From positions 114,249-178,248 of the forward strand of contig JAJZLY010000025.1 in assembly GCA_021850485.1 (NCBI GenBank): a stretch of DNA of 64,000 nt, written 5' to 3'. Source of the DNA: Bacillota bacterium. GTDB lineage: Bacteria; Bacillota; Sulfobacillia; JAJZYS01; JAJZLH01. Positions within the stretch are counted from its first letter, which is position 1; each line of letters starts with the position of its first letter. The notes below the pieces were generated by a model. The model was given only the letters and a program-made list of their open reading frames with translations. It was not told the origin of the DNA and made no database searches. Positions 1 through 10,104 of the stretch are shown here, piece by piece. The translations under genes and the position numbers were made by a program.

Positions 1-240
1 AACACGCTCTTTGACGAAAACGCCTCCTGCCACCTGGCGATCGGCGCCGCCTATCCCACCACCCTCACCGACGGCGGTGAGGTCGAGGGCGACGCCGATC
101 TGCTAAAAAAGGGAGCCAACGCCAGCATGACCCACGTCGACTTCATGATCGGCAGCGCCGACCTGAGCATCGACGCCACCACTACAGATGGCCGGACCGT
201 ACCCGTGTTTCGTTCCGGAAACTGGGCCCAGGCCCTCTAG
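1..240 (+). CDS. M29 family aminopeptidase (AmpS/PepS-like), 3' end only
   Basis: Frame 1 is open from the window edge to TAG at 238-240. Translation NTLFDENASCHLAIGAAYP...THVDFMIGS resembles the conserved C-terminus of thermophilic M29 aminopeptidases. Confidence 0.6.
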   Translation, partial: NTLFDENASCHLAIGAAYPTTLTDGGEVEGDADLLKKGANASMTHVDFMIGSADLSIDATTTDGRTVPVFRSGNWAQAL

Positions 241-1136
241 CCGTCCCCTGCCCCCTGTGGGTCCATCTGGGCTGACTGCGCCCTGGGCCAAAGTTGCACG
301 CCGAGCACGGCCACCATGATCAAGACTGCCCCCAGCCAGCCGATGGGATTTAACACACTGCCCTGGAGCAGGTAGGCGAAGAGCGCGGCAAAGGCCGGCT
401 CAGCACTCATGATGATTGCGGCTCGCGACGCCGAGATCGAGCGCTGCACCCAGCCTTGAACCAAGCCGCCGATCACGCTGGCGAAAATCGCCGTGATGCC
501 CAGGGCCACCCAGGTGGAAGCCAAATGGGGAACCACCAGTTGGCGCGCTGCACCGGCCCAGACCAGACTGATCGCAGCCGTGGTGGCCACCTCCACCAGC
601 ACCAAACCGCCCACCGGCAACCGCCGCACGGCCGCCTCGGTGCCCAGGATCTGGACCGCAAAGGCCAGCGCCGAACCGACCACCAGCAGGTCCCCTCCGC
701 TCCAGGAGGCACCGGCCCCGGTCAACAGCCACAGTCCGGCTGTGGAAAGAGCGACGCCCACCCAGACCACCCAGTGTGGACGATGCCGAAAGACGATCAG
801 CGCCAGAATCGGCGTGAACACGACCACCAGACCGGTGATGAAGCCGACGGTCGGGACCGGGATCAGCGTCAACCCGTCGGTCTGCAACACATATCCTGCG
901 GCCAGGAACACGCCGATCCAGGCCCCGGTGAGCACGCCGGACCAGCCCAGTTTGCCGAGGTCCCGCCAGGTAAAAGGGACGAGCAACAGGGCGGCTGCGG
1001 CAAAGCGCCAACCGAGAAAGGACATCACCGGAAAGCTTCGCACCGCCTCCTGAACGGTGACGAAGGTCAACCCCCACACTGCCGTGACGGCGAGCAGGGC
1101 CCCGACCAGCGCCAGGTACTGGGGGCGCGTCAGCAT
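237..1136 (-). CDS. EamA/DMT family transporter
   Basis: 299 aa, about 10 hydrophobic segments in two repeated halves, typical of EamA-type permeases. Confidence 0.7.
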   Translation of the reverse strand: MLTRPQYLALVGALLAVTAVWGLTFVTVQEAVRSFPVMSFLGWRFAAAALLLVPFTWRDLGKLGWSGVLTGAWIGVFLAAGYVLQTDGLTLIPVPTVGFITGLVVVFTPILALIVFRHRPHWVVWVGVALSTAGLWLLTGAGASWSGGDLLVVGSALAFAVQILGTEAAVRRLPVGGLVLVEVATTAAISLVWAGAARQLVVPHLASTWVALGITAIFASVIGGLVQGWVQRSISASRAAIIMSAEPAFAALFAYLLQGSVLNPIGWLGAVLIMVAVLGVQLWPRAQSAQMDPQGAGDG

Positions 1137-1678
1137 CTGGACCGTGCCTCCGCGATCGGCCGCCAGCCCGTGGGCAAGCGCCCAGCGCGCAGCGCCAACA
1201 CTGCCTCGCTGAGCTCCAGATAGGGCGCCAGGCGCCTGGCGCTGGACTGGGCGGCCAGCCCGCTGGGAGATGTCAGGACCAGGCCGTGCACGCCTGCCTC
1301 CACCTCCTCGTCAAGCCAGCCGTAGCCGCACGCTCTCCCGGTCACGGCGGCGGCAACTCCCTTGCCGGTGAAGGCGGCGATCGCCGGGCGAAAGGTGCGC
1401 AGGTGCTTCCTCACCTCTCTGGCACCGTCTGTGAGCTCACTGCCCTTGAGTTCCTGGCTGGTTCGACTCATCCGCCGCACCAGGTCGGTGAAGCCATAAC
1501 CCAACTGTGGCAGCAGGTAGTCCTCCTCGGGACCATAGCGGCGCGCCGTCAGGCCGGCGGCGGCCAGCAGGTGCCAAAACCGGTTTGATGGGTGCGCATA
1601 GTAGTGGCCGGTGCGCCCGGAGGTAAGTCCCGGGTTGAAGCCAACAAACACCACCAGCAGACCAGGTCTCAGGTACAA
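1130..1678 (-). CDS. mug: G/U mismatch-specific uracil-DNA glycosylase (Mug, UDG family 2)
   Basis: 182 aa with LVVFVGFNPGLTS...HYYAHPSNRFWHLL, the Mug-type active-site and N-terminal motif. Confidence 0.65.
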   Translation of the reverse strand: MYLRPGLLVVFVGFNPGLTSGRTGHYYAHPSNRFWHLLAAAGLTARRYGPEEDYLLPQLGYGFTDLVRRMSRTSQELKGSELTDGAREVRKHLRTFRPAIAAFTGKGVAAAVTGRACGYGWLDEEVEAGVHGLVLTSPSGLAAQSSARRLAPYLELSEAVLALRAGRLPTGWRPIAEARSRC

Positions 1679-1704
1679 CGGCAGTTCGCCGGCTGCCAGC
1701 CGGC

Positions 1705-3084
1705 TCAGCTGGCTTGTTCCCCCAGCATGGTCCAGGTGTGGGCGGTGAGCAGGCGTACGGGCACCAGGGTGCCGGTCAGCGCCACGTCTCCGGGGAATAG
1801 GACAGTGCGGTTGTCAAACGCCCGGCCGGTCAACACCTCTGGCCGCTTGGGCGACGGCCCTTCCACCAGCACCTGCACCGTACGGCCGACCAAACGCTGA
1901 TTTTTTTCCAAGGAAATCCGGTCTTGCACCTCCATCAAACGGGCCAGTCGCTGTTGCTTCACAGCCAACGGCACCTGATCCAAAAAATCCGCCGCCGGCG
2001 TGCCGCGGCGCGGCGAGTACATGAACATGTACGAGCGGTCGAAGCGGACCTCTTCGACCAGCTGCACCGTCTGCTCAAAGTCGGCCTCGCTCTCACCCGG
2101 GAAGCCGACGATCAGGTCGGTGGTTAAGGTAGCCTCTGGAATGGCGGCGCGCACCCGGTGGATCAGGTCCAGATAGCGGTCGATCAGGTAGCCGCGGGCC
2201 ATCCGCTTGAGCATGGCGTTGGCACCGGACTGGGCGGGCAGATGGAAGTGATCGGAGACCTTCTTGGAGGCGGCAATGGTGTCGATCATGTCCTGAGTGA
2301 AGTCGCGCGGGTGCGACGTGGTGTAGCGAATGCGCCACAGGCCATCGACCTCCTCCAACCGCCGTAGCAGCCCGCCAAAGGTGACGCCGTCTTGCGGTCG
2401 GTCCTTGCCATAGGCATTGACGTTTTGGCCGAGCAGGCTGACCTCGCGCACGCCCTGTCCGACCAGGGTCTGCACCTCGCTGACGATTTCGCCAAGCGGC
2501 CGGCTCATCTCCCGGCCCCGCACATAGGGCACGATGCAATAGGTGCAACGTTTGTCACAGCCACGCAAAATGGTGACCCAGGCACTGACGCGAGCGCCTG
2601 GCACTTGGCCGCGGGGGAATGCCGGCAGCTGATCGGGTTCAGGTGCGATCTCCACCACCGTGGCGGCGCTGTTGGCGGCCTGAAGGGCCAGCTCCGGAAA
2701 GCGAGCGAGATTGTGGGTGCCCATGACCAGGTTCAGGTGCGGCGCCCGGCGGGCGATCTCTTCGGCCCGCCCCGGTTGCTGCGGCATGCATCCGGTCAGA
2801 CCGATGAACATGCTCGGCCGCTGGTCTTTGACCCGCTTCAGCTCACCGACCCGGCCCAGCGCCCGGTCTTCGGCGGACTTGCGCACGCAGCAGCTGTTCA
2901 CCATCACCAAATCGGCATCTTCAGCCACCGGGCACCACTCGTAGCCCATCTCTTCGAGATAGGCCAGCATCACCTCGGAGTCGTTCTCGTTCATCTGGCA
3001 GCCGTAGGTAACGATGTGGGCAGTCGGCCTCAGCGACACGGTCACACACCTCCCATCTGCGCCGCTCAGTGGCCAGAGCCGCAA
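1705..3084 (-). CDS. miaB: tRNA i6A37 methylthiotransferase MiaB (radical SAM)
   Basis: VTYGCQMNENDSE N-terminal MTTase cluster, CDKRCTYCIVPYVRGRE radical-SAM CxxxCxxC motif, C-terminal TRAM-like region. The start may lie a few codons downstream. Confidence 0.85.
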   Translation of the reverse strand: MRLWPLSGADGRCVTVSLRPTAHIVTYGCQMNENDSEVMLAYLEEMGYEWCPVAEDADLVMVNSCCVRKSAEDRALGRVGELKRVKDQRPSMFIGLTGCMPQQPGRAEEIARRAPHLNLVMGTHNLARFPELALQAANSAATVVEIAPEPDQLPAFPRGQVPGARVSAWVTILRGCDKRCTYCIVPYVRGREMSRPLGEIVSEVQTLVGQGVREVSLLGQNVNAYGKDRPQDGVTFGGLLRRLEEVDGLWRIRYTTSHPRDFTQDMIDTIAASKKVSDHFHLPAQSGANAMLKRMARGYLIDRYLDLIHRVRAAIPEATLTTDLIVGFPGESEADFEQTVQLVEEVRFDRSYMFMYSPRRGTPAADFLDQVPLAVKQQRLARLMEVQDRISLEKNQRLVGRTVQVLVEGPSPKRPEVLTGRAFDNRTVLFPGDVALTGTLVPVRLLTAHTWTMLGEQAS

Positions 3085-3887
3085 AGGCGCAGCATCACGT
3101 CCGCCCGACGCCAGGCTTCCACCACGTTGGCACCAGCCACCTCCAGGGTGCGGTCGTCGATCCGTTTGGCCTCCGGTAATAACCCGGCCAGGTCGGCGAG
3201 ACCAGCCCGGCTGAATTCCACCCGGATGGTGGCGACACCCGGGGCACGCAGCGGTGTCACCTTTGCGCAGTCGCGCACGGCTGCCGCCACCTCTGTGGCG
3301 ATCATCTCCAGCACCTGGCCTCGGGGCAGATTGCGGGCTGCCTCGCGGTCAAGGGACTCCTTGACCACAATGCTGCGCGCCCCGGGCAACGTGGCCTGGA
3401 CCTGCACCGCCAGCTTGTCATCGCCGCTGACCGCCACCACGGGAACGTCGAAGTGGCCGCACAGCGCGGCATTCAGCTGGGCCTCGCCAACCCGGACACC
3501 GTTCAGGTACCAGTTGTGCGTCTGGGCGCCTGAGATGGTGTGGTCCAGCACGGCCCGGGCCGTCCCGGCCATGGCGTGATAACCGATGAATACCGCCGCC
3601 TGGGCGCCGGCGGCACCTTGCACCATGCACAGCGGCTTGTTGTATCCAGAGATCAGTTCGGCCCGGGCGTCCAGTTCTTCGTACAAGATGTTGCGCATGC
3701 CGTCGTGCGAGTCGTTGACCACCACCGACTTGGCACCGGCTGCAAAGGCGCCTGAGACCGCGGCGTTCGCCTCAGCCGTCATCAGCCGGCGAAACCTTTC
3801 GTACTGGGCAGTGCCCGGAGCTACATCGTCATGGCCGGTCACGCCGGCAATGCCCTCCATGTCGACCGAGATCAGCACGCGCATCAC
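3066..3887 (-). CDS. dppA: M55 family D-aminopeptidase (DppA-like)
   Basis: 273 aa starting MRVLISVDMEGIAGV, the hallmark N-terminus of peptidase M55. Confidence 0.75.
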   Translation of the reverse strand: MMRVLISVDMEGIAGVTGHDDVAPGTAQYERFRRLMTAEANAAVSGAFAAGAKSVVVNDSHDGMRNILYEELDARAELISGYNKPLCMVQGAAGAQAAVFIGYHAMAGTARAVLDHTISGAQTHNWYLNGVRVGEAQLNAALCGHFDVPVVAVSGDDKLAVQVQATLPGARSIVVKESLDREAARNLPRGQVLEMIATEVAAAVRDCAKVTPLRAPGVATIRVEFSRAGLADLAGLLPEAKRIDDRTLEVAGANVVEAWRRADVMLRLCGSGH

Positions 3888-3896
3888 ACCATCTCC

Positions 3897-5339
3897 TCAG
3901 TTTGCACTCTGGGCTCCCTCGGTACGCTTCGCCCCGACTTCGGCCAGCAGCATGGCGACAGCCATTCTGCCCCGCTCCAGATCGGACAGGCGGAAGAATT
4001 CATCGGCGGCGTGGATCCGCTCGTCTGGCTGGGCAAAGCCGAAGGCAATCGAGTCGATGCCCAGCTCGGCTTGTAAGATCGCCGTGGCCGGAACCGATCC
4101 GCCACCGCCAACCAGGATCGGCGGCCGGCCGTACAGGCGCTCCAGCACCCGCCCTGCCGCTTCGGCCACTGGGTGGCCATCGGGCAGGCGATAAGGAGTC
4201 GCCTGGCCAGAGGTCTCGGAAAACGACACCTGGACATGCGCCGGAGCGCTGCGTTCAATGTGCCTTTTGACTAGATCCAGCACCGCCTCGGGGTCTTGGT
4301 CGGCCACCAGCCGGCAGGTGATCTTGGCAAAGGCCGTGGCCGGGATCACCGTCTTGCTGCCCGCCCCCTGGAAGCCGCCGCCCACTCCGTTCACTTCCAA
4401 GGTTGGTCGCAGCCAGTTGCGGGCGATTGGGCTGAACTCGGGATCCCCCCAAAGGCCCTTGGCGCCGACGCCGTCAGCCAGCCGCTTGGCCAGTGGTGTC
4501 ATCGCCTCGAGCTGCGCTGCCTGAGCCTTAGTCAGCGGCCGCACCTGGTCGTAAAAGCCCTCGACCAGCACCCGGCCGCTCGGGTCTTGCAGCCCGGCCA
4601 GAATGTGCGCCAAGGCCATCGCTGGATTGGCGATCAGCCCGCCGAGTCCACCGGAGTGGGCATCCACGGCAGCGGTCCGCACCTCTAGATGAAAGCCGAT
4701 CAACCCTCGGTAGGAGGTGGTCAGGCTGGGCTGATCGTCAGCTTGTTGGCCAGCGTCCAAGTTGACCACGGCATCAGCCGCCAGCCGAGATCTGTGATCT
4801 CGGACAAAGGCGGCCAAAGATGGGCTGCCCACCTCTTCTTCACACTCCAGCAAAATGCGCACGTTCACCGGAAGGCGGCCCGAGGTCTGCAGGTATGCCT
4901 CACAGGCCCAGATCCCGGACAGCACGTTGGCCTTGGTGTCAGCCGTGCCGCGCCCGTACAGGCGGCCGTCGCGCTGTTCAGGTGCGAAGGGGGCTGAGGT
5001 CCATTCTGATTCGGGGTCTGCCGGTTGCACGTCCAGGTGTCCATAGAGCAGCAAGGTCGGCGCACCCGCCGCATGCAGCCAGTCCGCCACCACCACCGGG
5101 TGACCGCTGGTGGCAATCACCTGCACGTGCTCCAAGCCAGCTTGCTCCATGTAGGCTTTTGCCATCTCCGCCGCCCGCCGTACATCCGCCGCCCGCGCCG
5201 GTACGGTGGAGACGCTGGGAATGCGCACCAGCGCCAGAAGGTCTTGCAAAAACCGCGCCCGGTTAGCCTCCAGGTAGCTCAGCTCCTGCGACACAGGCAT
5301 CATCCTCTCTTCGTTGGGCGGGCGGCAGCTCAGGGTCAA
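3897..5339 (-). CDS. M20 family dipeptidase/peptidase (ArgE/DapE/CPG2 superfamily)
   Basis: 480 aa with LLLYGHLDVQP and GRGTADTKANV metal-ligand motifs and a LECEEEVGS segment. Confidence 0.7.
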   Translation of the reverse strand: MTLSCRPPNEERMMPVSQELSYLEANRARFLQDLLALVRIPSVSTVPARAADVRRAAEMAKAYMEQAGLEHVQVIATSGHPVVVADWLHAAGAPTLLLYGHLDVQPADPESEWTSAPFAPEQRDGRLYGRGTADTKANVLSGIWACEAYLQTSGRLPVNVRILLECEEEVGSPSLAAFVRDHRSRLAADAVVNLDAGQQADDQPSLTTSYRGLIGFHLEVRTAAVDAHSGGLGGLIANPAMALAHILAGLQDPSGRVLVEGFYDQVRPLTKAQAAQLEAMTPLAKRLADGVGAKGLWGDPEFSPIARNWLRPTLEVNGVGGGFQGAGSKTVIPATAFAKITCRLVADQDPEAVLDLVKRHIERSAPAHVQVSFSETSGQATPYRLPDGHPVAEAAGRVLERLYGRPPILVGGGGSVPATAILQAELGIDSIAFGFAQPDERIHAADEFFRLSDLERGRMAVAMLLAEVGAKRTEGAQSAN

Positions 5340-6649
5340 GACGGCGGCAGCGGGCTTTGTAATTCCTGGTTCTCCGCCTCCAGGTACACCTGATCCGTCT
5401 CCTGATCATAGGCCAACAGCTCGGCGTAGCGGCCCCAGTCGATCAGAGTCTCCATCTGGCGGCGGGAATCCTCCGGGCTGTAGTAGCGCTCAAACAGTCC
5501 CAAGAAGGTCTCTGCCCCCACCCGCTGCTGCGGGTGGCGCTCCAGTTCGTGCCGGATGTGGGCCAGCGCTGGCACGTTGGCGAGGGCGGTGTCACGAAAC
5601 AGTTCTTTGCGGGCCAGCACCGTGGCCTGAGCAAAGGCCCGGCCGGGCTCGGTCAGCGCCACATCGCCTTCGCGCACCCGGCCCAGGCCCAGCATCTCGA
5701 CTGCTTCCACGATCGGCAGCAGATCCTCCAAGTCCATATTCAGTTCGTCGCCCAGACGATAGAGGTCCGTGCTCCCGCCCAGGTCGTCCAACAGTTCGAT
5801 CATGCCGGTCAAAGATCCCGCCCGCACCGCCGGCACCGGCGTCGGCCGCCGTCTGGTGAACACAGAGTCGGTGGCCGCCGGCCGAGCCGTCAGGGTCTGA
5901 TAGATCTGGTCGACCAGGCGGACGAAGCGGACGTCTTCGCGCTCTCGCCAATGCGGCAGCAAGATCGGCACCTGGGCGATCACCCGGGCCGGCTCTCGCG
6001 ACAAGATCACGGCCCGATCGCCCATGTACACCGCCTCCTCGATGGAGTGGGTGACAATCAAGATGGCCTTGGTCGGGATCCGCTTTTCCAACCACAACTC
6101 CAGCAGGTCTCGGCGCAGGTTCTCGGCGGTCAGGACGTCCAGCGCTGAAAACGGCTCGTCCATCAAGAGCACGTCCGGCTCCACCACCAGGGCGCGGGCG
6201 AACCCGACCCGCTGACGCATGCCGCCGGAGAGCTCCTTTGGGTAAGCCCCTTCGAAGCCGTCTAAGCCGATCATGTCGATCACCTTCAGCGCCCGCTCCT
6301 GGCGCTCTCTGGCACCCAGTCCCTGCGACTTGAGGCCGAGCTCCACATTCTCCTGGACGGTCAGCCAGGGAAACAGGGCAAAGGACTGAAAGACCATCGC
6401 CACATGCGGGTTGACCCCGGTCAGCGGCTTATCCAGGTAGCAGACCTGTCCAGACGACGGCTCCACCAACCCGGCAATGATCCGCAGCAGCGTCGACTTG
6501 CCAGATCCAGACGGACCGAGGATGGTCAAGAACTCTCCCTCTTGCACGCCGAAGCTGACCTCATCGAGAACCCGCACCGGGTTGCCGCTGGGCATCGAGT
6601 AGTCCTTGACGATCGCCTCTACCGAAAGCAGGGTCTGAGCACTGGCCAT
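5336..6649 (-). CDS. ABC transporter ATP-binding protein (NitT/TauT-like) with extra C-terminal domain
   Basis: Walker A GPSGSGKST, signature LSGGMRQR, Walker B LLMDEPFSALD, plus about 180 extra C-terminal residues. 4-nt overlap with the downstream gene. Confidence 0.8.
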   Translation of the reverse strand: MASAQTLLSVEAIVKDYSMPSGNPVRVLDEVSFGVQEGEFLTILGPSGSGKSTLLRIIAGLVEPSSGQVCYLDKPLTGVNPHVAMVFQSFALFPWLTVQENVELGLKSQGLGARERQERALKVIDMIGLDGFEGAYPKELSGGMRQRVGFARALVVEPDVLLMDEPFSALDVLTAENLRRDLLELWLEKRIPTKAILIVTHSIEEAVYMGDRAVILSREPARVIAQVPILLPHWREREDVRFVRLVDQIYQTLTARPAATDSVFTRRRPTPVPAVRAGSLTGMIELLDDLGGSTDLYRLGDELNMDLEDLLPIVEAVEMLGLGRVREGDVALTEPGRAFAQATVLARKELFRDTALANVPALAHIRHELERHPQQRVGAETFLGLFERYYSPEDSRRQMETLIDWGRYAELLAYDQETDQVYLEAENQELQSPLPPS

Positions 6650-6666
6650 GAGCGAAGCCTCCTCTC

Positions 6667-8385
6667 CTACTCCTCGACGTGGAACCGGGTCTCAGCCAAT
6701 CGGTAGAGCGGTCTCCACAGCAGCCGGTTGGTGGCCACCACGAATCCAGACATCACCACGATGGCCACCAGCAGCGCCACCGTGTTGCCACTGGCGGTAG
6801 ACTCGGTCACCAAGGCGCCCAGGCCCGAGGCGGCCAGCGTCTTGCCGTGCCAGACCACCACTTCCGCCACGATACTGGCGTTCCAGGCGCCACCGGCGGC
6901 AGTGATACCGCCCGTGATCAATGATGGGAAGATCGCCGGCAAAATGAGCTCTCGCCAGACTCGGGCCCCTCTCAGCCCGAACACCTTGCCGGCCTCCTTG
7001 AGGTCAGCCGGAATGGCCATGGCGCCGGCCATCACATTGAATAAAATGTACCACTGGGTGCCCAGCATCATCAGCGGGATGGCACCCCAGTTCAGGTTGA
7101 GCCCAACCCGGATGAACAGCACCACGATCAGCGGAAAGAGCACATTGGCCGGGAAGCTGGCCGCCATCTGGGCCAGCGGCTGAGCCCACTTCAGGGCCCG
7201 GGCATTCATCCCCACCCACACCCCCACCGGCACGGTCCACAGTGCGCCCAAGCCCACCGCCGCCAGCACCCGGCCCAGGGTGTAAAACCCGAGCACGATG
7301 GCCTTGGGTACCAGTCCGAGATCGCTTCCCACCACATGCGCTGCGCCCAAGACAGCGAACACGATGGTGCCGCCGATCAGCACAAAACTGAGCACGGTAC
7401 TGACCAGCCGCCACTCGCGGCGGGCCGGCGGGCGGGTGGTGGCACGCCGGATCATGTGCACCTCCAGGCTCTCCACAACGGGCATCAATAGCCGCTCACG
7501 CAGGGATTGGACCAAGCTGGAGCGGCGCAAGGTGGTGAGGATGAACGAGCTCGGCGCCTCCTCCTGGGATTCCACCTGCCCCATCTTGAACTTGGTGCTC
7601 CAGGCCACCAGCGGCCGCCAGAACAACTGATCCACGGCGACGATCATCAGCAATAGCGCGGCCATGGCGGCTAGCAGGGCAGCCGTGTTGCCGCGCTGCT
7701 GGGCGACAGCGATGTACGACCCGATCCCCGGCAGATGGATGGTGCGGTGCTGATAGAGAAACGATTCCGACGCCGCCAGGAAAAACCAGCTGCCGCCGAA
7801 ACTCATCATCGAATTCAGCACCAAAGGAATGATGGCGGCTGGCAACTCGAAGTGAATCAGCCGCTGCCAGCGGCTGAGCCGCATCACGCTGGTCACCTCT
7901 TGCAGGTCCTTGGGCAACGTGCGCAGCGTGTGGTAGAAGGCAAAGGTCATGTTCCAGGCCTGGGCCGTGAAGATGGCAAAGATAGCTGCCGCCTCGAAGC
8001 CCCAAAACGGGCCGAACAGCAACACAAAGCCGCCCACTGATGCCGCCAAAAACCCCAGCACGGGCACTGACTGCAAGATGTCGAGCAAAGGCACCAAGAT
8101 CCGATCGCCGACCCTGGTATAGGCAGCGGCATAACCATATCCGATGGTGAACAACAACGACGCCAAAAAGGCGATGAAGATGCGGCTAAGCGACCTCAGG
8201 GCGTCGACCGGCAGGGACCAGCCGGTCAGATTGAAGGGTCCGCTCTGGGCCAACACGTCTTCCGGCGCCACCCGCCCGGCCAACAGGAGGGCGACGATCA
8301 GGGAGATCACGAATAGCATGATGCCGAGATCGGCTAGATTGAGGCGCCTCAGTCGGAGGTTCTCGGTCTTCGGTAGCCACGCCAT
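6667..8385 (-). CDS. ABC transporter permease, duplicated (fused two-domain) type
   Basis: Many TM segments in two repeats. ATG at 8385 is preceded by GAAAGGGGG. The longer ORF to 8574 has an arginine-rich, non-protein-like N-terminus. Confidence 0.75.
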   Translation of the reverse strand: MAWLPKTENLRLRRLNLADLGIMLFVISLIVALLLAGRVAPEDVLAQSGPFNLTGWSLPVDALRSLSRIFIAFLASLLFTIGYGYAAAYTRVGDRILVPLLDILQSVPVLGFLAASVGGFVLLFGPFWGFEAAAIFAIFTAQAWNMTFAFYHTLRTLPKDLQEVTSVMRLSRWQRLIHFELPAAIIPLVLNSMMSFGGSWFFLAASESFLYQHRTIHLPGIGSYIAVAQQRGNTAALLAAMAALLLMIVAVDQLFWRPLVAWSTKFKMGQVESQEEAPSSFILTTLRRSSLVQSLRERLLMPVVESLEVHMIRRATTRPPARREWRLVSTVLSFVLIGGTIVFAVLGAAHVVGSDLGLVPKAIVLGFYTLGRVLAAVGLGALWTVPVGVWVGMNARALKWAQPLAQMAASFPANVLFPLIVVLFIRVGLNLNWGAIPLMMLGTQWYILFNVMAGAMAIPADLKEAGKVFGLRGARVWRELILPAIFPSLITGGITAAGGAWNASIVAEVVVWHGKTLAASGLGALVTESTASGNTVALLVAIVVMSGFVVATNRLLWRPLYRLAETRFHVEE

Positions 8386-8490
8386 CGTCAGCCCCCTTTC
8401 CGCCCAGGTGGGAGAATCTCTCCCATTATAGCGGCGCCTTGGCCAGCGCCAACCCATCAGAAAGGAAGTGGCGCCATCTCGCTGGACGGA

Positions 8491-10047
8491 TTGCAGGTGA
8501 AGGCGCTGACCGAGGCCCTCGCCGAGCGCCTGCAGGGCATGCGCCTGGAGTCGGTGCAGATGCCGGACAAGCATACGGTCGTGTTCACCATCGGTCGGCT
8601 GCCAGACGCCCTGTTGCTGTCTATCGACCCGGCAGCCAATCAGCTGGCACTGGTCCCGGCACCATCTCGCCGCTCTTCTCAGCTACGCCACCCGATGCGC
8701 GATCTGCTGGCCTCCCGCTTGGTCGGTGGCACGATTTTGAGCCTGTGGGCGCCCCTCGGCGAGCGGGTGGTGATTTTGGACGTGGTCAGCCGTAACCGCA
8801 TCGGAGACCGCACCGGCTCGCAGCTGGTGCTCGAGCTCTTCGGCTCCCGGGCTGATCTGGCCCTGGTCGAACGCAGCGAAGTGGTGGAGAGTCTGCGCCG
8901 GCGCCGGCTCGAGCCGCGCGACCCCTATCAGCCTCCACCGGCGGTGGTCGACCCAAACCTGCCCGGCGTGGGCGGCGCGCCCTTGGTGCTGCGCGAATTT
9001 CGCCACCTGGCAGCGGACGACAAAGAGGCGGCCACCGCTTTCTGGCGGCGGATCTGGGCCGAACCGGGGCAGTTCTCCCCGGTCCGTTTGGAAGGCCTTT
9101 CACCGCCGTTTTATCCGGTGCCCTTGAGCCATCGGCCCGGTGCGCAGCCGTCCGTTCCGGACTTCCTGGCGGCCATGTCTGAGGCCGCTCTAGAGGCGCG
9201 CCGCACAGCCCAGTTGGAGGCGCGGCGCCGCGTGCTTTTGTCCGAGCAAGAAGCCGCACTGGTCCGACTTGAACGCCAAGAACAGGACCTGCAAGCGGCG
9301 CTGCAGGCGTCAGCGCAGGCCGCCGTGCTGCGCCGTGAGGCCGAAGCGCTGCTCACCGTGGTGACCAGCCTACCGGCCGGCGCCAGCCAGTTCACCTACA
9401 CCGACTGGGAGCATGGCGATCAGCGCACCGTCGAACTCGATGCGACCAAACCGCCGACGGCGGTGGCTGAGGCATGGTTCAAGGAGGCGCGCCGGATCAC
9501 CGTCCGCGCAAGACGAGCGGCGACATTGCTGCCAGCGCTGCAGGCTAAGGTGCGAGCGGCTGCGGCGGCTCGCGACCAAATCAGTACAGCCGATCACCTC
9601 CCGGACGCCCCCCCTGCCCAGGGCTCGGCGGCGACGCAGCGCAAGACGACGTCAGCAGCCCACCCCTACCACACCTGTCGCACGCCAGCTGGCCATCAGT
9701 TGCGCGTCGGCCGCAACCAGCAGGGCAACGACCTGTTGCTTCGCTTGGCGCGCCCTGGCGACTTGTGGCTGCATGCGCGTGGCATCCCCGGCTCGCACGT
9801 CATCCTGTCCACTCAGGGCGGCGTTGGCGAGACCGACAAAGAGGCCGCCGCCCTGCTCGCCGCCCACTTCTCCAAGGGCCGTCAGGCCCGCACCGTGCTG
9901 GTCGACTGTACGCTGCGCCGCCACGTGCGAAAGCCAGCCAAGGCGGCCCCTGGGCACGTCGTATTCGATCATGAGGAGACCCTGCAAGTGAATCCGGAAG
10001 GCAGCCTGCTGGCATTTCTGTTGAGTCAGTTGGAGTCTGACGTCTAG
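8491..10047 (+). CDS. rqcH: NFACT/FbpA family ribosome quality-control protein (RqcH-like)
   Basis: 518 aa with a coiled-coil middle and a C-terminal NFACT-R/DUF814-type motif GHQLRVGRNQQGNDLL...GDLWLHARGIPGSHVIL. Confidence 0.65.
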   Translation: MQVKALTEALAERLQGMRLESVQMPDKHTVVFTIGRLPDALLLSIDPAANQLALVPAPSRRSSQLRHPMRDLLASRLVGGTILSLWAPLGERVVILDVVSRNRIGDRTGSQLVLELFGSRADLALVERSEVVESLRRRRLEPRDPYQPPPAVVDPNLPGVGGAPLVLREFRHLAADDKEAATAFWRRIWAEPGQFSPVRLEGLSPPFYPVPLSHRPGAQPSVPDFLAAMSEAALEARRTAQLEARRRVLLSEQEAALVRLERQEQDLQAALQASAQAAVLRREAEALLTVVTSLPAGASQFTYTDWEHGDQRTVELDATKPPTAVAEAWFKEARRITVRARRAATLLPALQAKVRAAAAARDQISTADHLPDAPPAQGSAATQRKTTSAAHPYHTCRTPAGHQLRVGRNQQGNDLLLRLARPGDLWLHARGIPGSHVILSTQGGVGETDKEAAALLAAHFSKGRQARTVLVDCTLRRHVRKPAKAAPGHVVFDHEETLQVNPEGSLLAFLLSQLESDV

Positions 10048-10104
10048 GGTGGCGGACAGGAATCGGCCGGGCCAAGGAGAATCCTCCTCTGTTTTAGGTA
10101 GGAG

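Noticed and set aside
2392-3579. 395-aa plus-strand ORF
   Set aside because: It lies antisense to miaB and dppA, which carry unmistakable motifs. Its Arg/Ala/Pro/Gly-rich composition is typical of shadow ORFs in high-GC DNA.
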